Of a stretch of 64,000 nucleotides of DNA, positions 58,207 to 64,000 are shown in pieces. The position numbers and the translations under genes were made by a program. The DNA lies in NCBI GenBank assembly GCA_964016885.1, contig OZ024743.1:174902001-174966000 (forward strand). The letters run 5' to 3'. The stretch is from Eledone cirrhosa (taxonomy: Eukaryota). The stretch's first letter is position 1. Every line of letters begins with the position of its first letter. The notes under the pieces were generated by a model that saw nothing but the letters and a program-made list of their open reading frames with translations, was not told the origin of the DNA and did no database searches.

Positions 58207-58263
58207 TATATAATAATATAATATAATATATAAAATAATAAAATAATATATATATATATATAT

Positions 58264-58890
58264 TCATAAATCCATCGGATTTATGAGGTTTTACAAAGCG
58301 AAACTGATCAGTAAGGGCCACTAGGAGAGGTAAATATTTATATTATATTTTTTAATGTATTTTGAAAAATTGATTGAATTTTACTTGTTCTGCTTATCTT
58401 AATATTAAAGTTCTGGTGTATCAAATTAACACCATTGAACAACCTTGAATCATAGACAACCTATGTATTTCTAGGGGTACCTAGTATCCCTGGACATATT
58501 AACTTCTACCTTTTTCTCCGTCCGTTGAGAACAATCCTGTTGCTCTACTTGGCTGCTATTTTTTTAGTAGTAATTGTAGACAGCAAGTCTTTGATTTTCC
58601 CGCTTTTACTTCGGTCCAGTTTACATACGGGTCAATTTTACGACCTTTCAGACCTTTATTAGCTGGCAGGAGGTTGTATATTTTGTCGTTCCTGGGACGT
58701 TTAGCCCTAGGAAGGGAAAATGCTTCTCTGATGAGCTTTGGTTTTCCATCATAAATCCATCGGATTTATGAGGTTTTACAAAGCGAAACTGATCAGTAAG
58801 GGCCACTAGGAGAGGTAAATATTTATATTATATTTTTTAATGTATTTTGAAAAATTGATTGAATTTTACTTGTTCTGCTTATCTTAATAT
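58264..58890 (+). mobile_element. non-coding hammerhead-bearing element with 142-bp direct terminal repeats (retrozyme-like or non-autonomous Penelope-like pseudo-LTR), inserted in (TA)n
   Basis: 58264-58405 is repeated at 58749-58890 (period 485); (TA)n on both flanks; contains a full hammerhead core; no ORF in the track. Confidence 0.8.
58721..58803 (+). ncRNA. type I hammerhead ribozyme (HHR-1)
   Basis: CTGATGA 58728-58734; stem II GCTTTG (58735-40)/CAAAGC (58779-84) capped by hairpin TCATAAATCC-ATC-GGATTTATGA; GAAA 58785-88; palindromic stem III ACTGATCAGT (58788-97); GTA cleavage triplet ending 58798; short stem I TTCT/AGGG with G-U pairs. Confidence 0.85.
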
Positions 58891-59099
58891 ATATATATAT
58901 ATGTAGATAAATCTACCAAAAGTTTACGGTAGTGTCCAATCCGTATGAAGAACTCAATGTAATCCGGATATCATGGAAAGAAGAGATGCATTCAAAAATC
59001 ACTTTCGGTGAAAGATAAACGGAATACAGAGTCAAGATAAAATATTAAAAAAATAATGAATAAAACAAAGAAACAGTTCCTTATATTAAACAAAAAAAG

Positions 59100-59239
59100 T
59101 TCATTATTTTACGATCGTTTCTAGGACATATATGTGTTAGAATTGGCATGCATATTCAAAAGATCTATGTACAAAATTATACAAACTATCAAGGAGAATA
59201 TACATACCATCACATATATATGCTGTCTTCAGAAATAAT
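59100..59239 (-). ncRNA. type I hammerhead ribozyme with long stem II (HHR-2, antisense copy of HHR-3)
   Basis: Minus strand ATTATTT-CTGAAGA (59232-59226)...GAAACGATCGTA (59121-59110)-AAATAATGAA; stem I shortened to 7 bp by the SINE insertion. Confidence 0.7.
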
Positions 59240-59317
59240 TGTTTCTACTTTAGGCACAAGGCCAGCAATTATCCAGTGCATTACTGGTACTTTATTTTAT
59301 CGACCCCGTAAGGATGA
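59240..59317 (-). mobile_element. 5'-truncated SINE family A insertion with perfect 9-bp TSD
   Basis: AGAAATAAT at 59231-59239 and 59318-59326; the right IR arm shows the empty site with a single copy (60069-60077, reverse complement). Confidence 0.92.
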
Positions 59318-59615
59318 AGAAATAATGAAGTATATTTATTGATAATAACAACAATTCAAAATTACAGGTCTGTTTGGGAACAGATTTTAAATAGACCAAT
59401 GAAATACATAAAAATTCATCAATTAAATACAGTTAGGTGTGTGTATATATGTAAGTAAATTCGTTCTCAGATATGCATAAAAAGTTTTTTCCTTCTATAA
59501 AAATTTTTTTTTTATTTCTAACTTTATAGATACATTTTTATAAATATGCTGAGTTTGACACTCTCCTTTAATTACTTACTCCCTTACCCGCTTTTAATTC
59601 TGCATCTGAATGTAA

Positions 59616-59820
59616 GTGTGTGTGGGCGTGTTTATGTGTGCGCCTCAATATCCATATAGTTATAATAATAATATATACGTATGTGTGTGTGTGTGTGTGT
59701 ATATATATGTGTGTTCGTAGGTATGTGTGTGTTTATGTATATATGCGTGTGTGTGTGTATGAATGTATGTATATGTGTGTATATATGTATGTATATATAT
59801 ATGTATATGTATGTATATTT
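59616..59820. repeat. compound (TG)n/(TA)n/(TATG)n microsatellite
   Basis: ATGTGTGTGTGTGTGTGTGTATATATATGTGTG...TATGTATGTATATGTGTGTATATATGTATG. Confidence 0.85.
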
Positions 59821-59911
59821 TGTCTGTAGATTATAAACATACAGATACATTAGCCCTAAATTTTTATATTTACATACACTTTTTCGACATGCGTATGCAT
59901 GTGAACATACA

Positions 59912-60408
59912 TTTTTATGCATATCTGTGAACGAATTTACTTACATATATACACACACCTAACTGTATTTTCTTGATGAATTTTTATGTATTTCATTGGT
60001 CTATTTAAAATCTGTTCCCAAACAGACCTGTAATTTTGAATTGTTGTTATTATCAATAAATATACTTCATTATTTCTGAAGACAGCATATATATGTGATG
60101 GTATGTATATTCTCCTTGATAGTTTGTATAATTTTGTACATAGATCTTTTGAATATGCATGCCAATTCTAACACATATATGTCCTAGAAACGATCGTAAA
60201 ATAATGAACTTTTTTTGTTTAATATAAGGAACTGTTTCTTTGTTTTATTCATTATTTTTTTAATATTTTATCTTGACTCTGTATTCCGTTTATCTTTCAC
60301 CGAAAGTGATTTTTAAATGCATCTCTTCTTTCCATGATATCCGGATTACATTGAGTTCTTCATACGGATTGGACACTACCGTAAACTTTTTGTAGATTTA
60401 TCTACATA
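59912..60408 (+). repeat. right arm of long inverted repeat (PLE 5' UTR/pseudo-LTR segment)
   Basis: Reverse complement of 58900-59483; ends about 150 bp upstream of the RT ORF. Confidence 0.95.
60066..60208 (+). ncRNA. type I hammerhead ribozyme with ~104-nt stem II (HHR-3), upstream of the PLE ORF
   Basis: Stem I TTCATTATTT (60066-75)/AAATAATGAA (60199-208), 10 perfect bp; CTGAAGA 60076-82; stem II CAGCATATATATGTG/CACATATATGTCCTA plus TGGTATGTATATTC/GAATATGCATGCCA; GAAA 60187-90; palindromic stem III ACGATCGT; GTA cleavage triplet ending 60198. First stem II pair is a C-A mismatch. Confidence 0.8.
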
Positions 60409-60557
60409 ATTTGCTCCTATTTTCACGGAAATATTCTTATTTTTGTATTGTATATGTGTGTAAATTTTATATTTATGTATATACATATATATGTATGATT
60501 TTATAACTCCATATACATTTAGTTGAGCTCTTTCTCTTGTCCATTATCCATATCACA

Positions 60558-63012
60558 ATAGAAAAACAATACTTGGGAACTTCTTTAAAGAATATACCAA
60601 TACCTTCTAAGGATGACTTCTTACTCCTTATGATACAGAAAACTAACCAATTTATCAGAAGAGTTAGATGGAGGGCCTACCACTTCGATAAAAAATCTAA
60701 ATATACAGATAGGAAATATATGTATGATTTCACTACTTACAAGAATCCACCACACAACTCTCTACTTGAAGACTTTGAGAAAGACCTTTTTAATTTAATT
60801 AAACACCTCAAATTTAAGAAGTATAAATCTATCTTTCAAAAGGACCTTGATTCTACCCTATTGGACCTGAAAAAGTAAAAAAAAATCCATGTCCACTCGG
60901 ACAAAACTGGAAACTTATATCACATGGATATTGAAAATTACAATGAGTTCATATATAAAGAACTCAGGAAAAATTATAGAAAAACTAATAATGCGTCACT
61001 CACCAACATCAACAACAAAACACACAACATAGTGAATAAACTAAATATTGAAGATAGAACTGAACCTTTGGCATTGAAAAGACCACACTTCAACCTGAAA
61101 GATCATAAATCAAACTTTAACTCAAATCCTTCTATAAGACTTATATGTCCCTCCAAATCGGATATTGGAATAATTAGCAAAAAAAATTTGGATAGAGTCA
61201 TCCCACAAATAAGAAAACATGTTAATTTACCACTCTGGGAAAACACTTCCCAGGTAATTAACTGGTTTAAAAATATTAGATGTAAATCTTCTGCTTCATT
61301 TCTACAATTTGATATAGATAATTACTATTCTTCTATATCACCTATACTCCTGAACAAAGCTTTGATATTTGCTAAAAATAGATCTAACTTAACTTTGGAT
61401 GACATTAATATTATTACACATGCTAGACTAACACTTATTGAATTTCAGAATGAATACTGGACCAGAAACACATATAGTAATCTATTTGATATTACTATGG
61501 GTTCAAGCGATTCTGCCCAAATTACTGATCTTGTGGGCCTCTTTCTTCTTTTTAACATAAATGCTTCCTTTCCCCCACCTTAAAGGTGGTTTATATCGTG
61601 ATGACTGTCTTCTTCTTTCCAACAACCTTAGCCTCTCAGAAATAGAAAAATACAAAAAGCTTATTAGAACTTTCCTTAAAGACTATTATAGTCTTCATAT
61701 TACTTTTGAAAACACAAGTAAAGTAGTTAATTTCCTAGATATAACTTTAGACTTAGTTACGGGTATCTACCAACCTTACCATAAACCCAACCAAAACTTA
61801 CACTACATACACTCACAATCTAATCACCCTAAATCTATCCTTAAAAACCTTGCATATAATATATCACTTAGAATTTCTAACCTTTCGTCTAACCAAGATG
61901 TATTTGATAAAAATGCGACCTTCTATAACGAAACTCTAGATAGAAGTGGCCACAAAAATAGATTGGAATATATACCTTCTACTAATAACACTATAAACAT
62001 ACAACCTAATATTACCAACAAACACCAAATGAAAAGTACACACCTAAATGCCACTCACACTATACCCCAAAATACCAACATAAAACCAAATTTCTCTAAC
62101 TCCTCTAATATAAAGTATAGTAACTCTCAAAAAACTACTCATCATACAACTCTAATAAAGGTTAATAATAAAACTCCTAATAAACAAGCTAAAACACCTA
62201 AATCAATAAATCTAACTAAAAATGTGCGTGGTGAGGTCATTAACATTAATCCTCCTAGTAAACATCACGATGCATCCTATAAAAACAATAAACAACATAG
62301 AAACCGTAATAGACGTGTTACTTGGTATAATGCTCCATTTAATTTACAAATTAAGGATAATATAGCTAAAAAAATGTTTAATATCCTAGAGAAAAACTTC
62401 CCGCCAAACCACAAATACCATCAAATCTTAAATAGATCAACAGTTAAATTCTCATACTCAACAACCAAAAACATAAAACAAAATATAAGTGACTATAATG
62501 CATATAAAATAAAAAAAACCATAAGTATACCACCAATACATCAAACTAACCATAATATCTCCTCAAATACAGAATTAACGAAAGGTTGTAACTGTAGAAA
62601 CAAAGAAAACTGCCCATTAAAAGGAAATTGTCTTGTTAACAACATAGTTTATAAATGTAAAGTTAAAACTAAAGATTCTATTTGCTCATATATAGGAGCT
62701 ACTTCTAACAATTTTAAGGTAAGGTTTAATACCCACAAACATAGTTTTAAAAATGCCGCACTGGCTAATACAACATCTCTAGCAGAAAAAATTAATAGTT
62801 ATAGAAATAAGAATATAGAATATGATATGACCTGGAGTGTGCTCAAAAGAGCCACCCCTTATCAAAATAATAGAAATGAATGTAGATTGTGTTCCCAAGA
62901 ACTATTTGAAATAATGAAATCTAAGGATATCCTATTAAATAAGCGACAGGAATTAATTATATCGTGTAATCATAAACTGAGAAAAACATTTAAATATTAT
63001 AAACCTAATTAA
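60558..63012 (+). pseudogene. PLE reverse transcriptase + GIY-YIG endonuclease ORF, disrupted by an in-frame TAA (60876-78), a +1 frameshift (C5 run 61572-76) and probable loss of the start codon (ATA at 60558)
   Basis: Motifs in order: SLKNIPIP, FIRRVRWRA, SDKTGNLY, LKDHKSNF..NPSIRLICPSKS, FLQFDIDNYYSSI, FDITMGSSDSAQITDLVG, GLYRDD (YRDD 61594-61605), VNFLDITLDL, SNHP, CNCRNKENCPLKGNC (from 62587), NIVY..SYIG (62641-62697), FKVRFNTHKHSF, CRLC, LLNKR, CNH. Track ORFs 60537 and 60924 share one frame. Confidence 0.93.
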
Positions 63013-63900
63013 TAATATATATTTTAGAAATTAATATATAAATTAATTTAAATGTAGTTAACCTATAATTTTAATTTAATTAAAATTCTACTACAGATGA
63101 AATTAAAAAATATCGTATAATCATAAACTGTGAAAAACTTTTAAATATTATTAACATAATTAATATATACTTTGGAAATTAATATATAGATTAATTTTAG
63201 TTTATTTAACCTTTTATTAAAATTCCTTTACAGATGAAATATAACAAAATATCGTGTAATTAATAACAGAGAAATACTTTTTAATATTATAAACCTAATT
63301 AATATACAATTTAGAAATTAATTTATAAATTAATTTTAATTTAGTTAAACTATAATTTTAATTTAGTTAGCTTAAAATTAAAATTCTAATACAGATGGAT
63401 TGCAGAATATCGTGTAATCATAAACTGAGAAAAACTTTTAAATATATACCTAATTAATATATTCTTTACAAATAAATATATAGATTAATTTTAATTTAGT
63501 TAACCTATAATTATATTCTACTATAGATAAAATACAAAATGTTGCTTTAATTATTATAAACCTAATTAACATATACTATAGAAATTATATATAATTTTTA
63601 ATTTAGTTAACCTATAATTAATATTCTACTACCGATGAAATACTTAATTTGGCTTTCCCTATTACTAAATTCATTTCCTAAAATTGATACCATCATGTTA
63701 ATATTTTTAATTTAGTTATGCTATAATTAATACTCTACTACTGTTTAACTTCAAAATTCCGCTTTAAATATTATAAACCTAAGTAGTATACACCTTAGAA
63801 ATTAATATATTAACTATTTTTACTTTAATTAACCTATAATTAATAGTCTACTTATATTAAAATACATAATTTAGCCTTCTTTCTTACAAATACCATTTCC
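62961..63900 (+). repeat. degenerate AT-rich tandem repeat of about 130-160 bp beginning inside the PLE ORF 3' end
   Basis: Units start ATCGTGTAATCATAAACTGAG at 62961, 63112, 63251 and 63409, with more degraded units after about 63541; shared TATTATAAACCTAATTAAT, TTAGTTAACCTATAATT, TTCTACTACAGATGAAAT. Confidence 0.85.
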
Positions 63901-64000
63901 TAATACTGACACTACTATGTAAACACATATTATGATTTAACTGCAGATTAATATTCTATCTTCCTTGAAACCTATATTTACTATTTCCCACTAATAATTT

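Larger units (their letters stand above)
58900..59483 (-). repeat. left arm of long inverted repeat (inverted copy of PLE 5' region 59912-60408), interrupted by a SINE fragment
   Basis: TATGTAGATAAATCTAC...ATATGCATAAAAA is the reverse complement of 59912-60408, apart from an 87-bp insertion (78 bp plus 9-bp TSD) and about five substitutions counted by eye. Confidence 0.95.
58900..63900 (+). mobile_element. Penelope-like retroelement (endonuclease-positive), decayed; both boundaries approximate, 3' end may extend beyond window
   Basis: RT plus GIY-YIG ORF, upstream hammerhead and inverted 5' duplication, all established hallmarks of PLEs. Confidence 0.85.

Noticed and set aside
54090-59922. 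Short ORFs of 63-155 aa in the non-satellite region
   Set aside because: Most overlap SINEs, microsatellites or the inverted repeat, many use non-ATG starts, and none shows a recognisable domain
58900-60408. TA-flanked MITE/foldback DNA transposon with long TIRs
   Set aside because: The TA flanks follow from the inversion symmetry and the TA tract; hammerheads in the arms and the adjacent PLE ORF favour an inverted pseudo-LTR, though a MITE is not formally excluded
60876-61583. Programmed readthrough, selenocysteine or programmed +1 frameshift in the PLE ORF
   Set aside because: The stop is TAA, not TGA, at a non-Cys position, and the shift lies in a C homopolymer; mutation or sequencing error is simpler
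63090-63650. Degenerate hammerhead cores (CAGATGA/CCGATGA) in the 3' tandem units
   Set aside because: None has CTGANGA, a paired stem II or a GAAAC...GTH arrangement

Overview
Eukaryotic, AT-rich, repeat-dominated window. The SINE families resemble those I recall from octopus/cephalopod genomes (inference). Bases 1-54086 are one uninterrupted 39-bp tandem satellite (consensus GATATACTGTACCTGTTATATAGGATGTAGGTAGTCTTT, plus a 35-bp deletion variant) with nested higher-order duplications. The long minus-strand ORFs in it are artefacts of a 13-codon stop-free unit. The last 10 kb holds several tRNA-derived SINEs and a cluster of insertions into (TA)n tracts. (i) A 627-bp non-coding element has 142-bp direct terminal repeats, a 485-nt period and a type I hammerhead ribozyme (retrozyme-like). 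(ii) A decayed Penelope-like retroelement (RT with YRDD plus C-terminal GIY-YIG endonuclease, ORF 60558-63012) has a 5' region duplicated as a ~496-bp inverted repeat. Each arm carries a hammerhead with an unusually long stem II, so the two ribozymes point in opposite directions. Three complete hammerhead cores and one half-core lie within about 2 kb. No intact host gene is supported.
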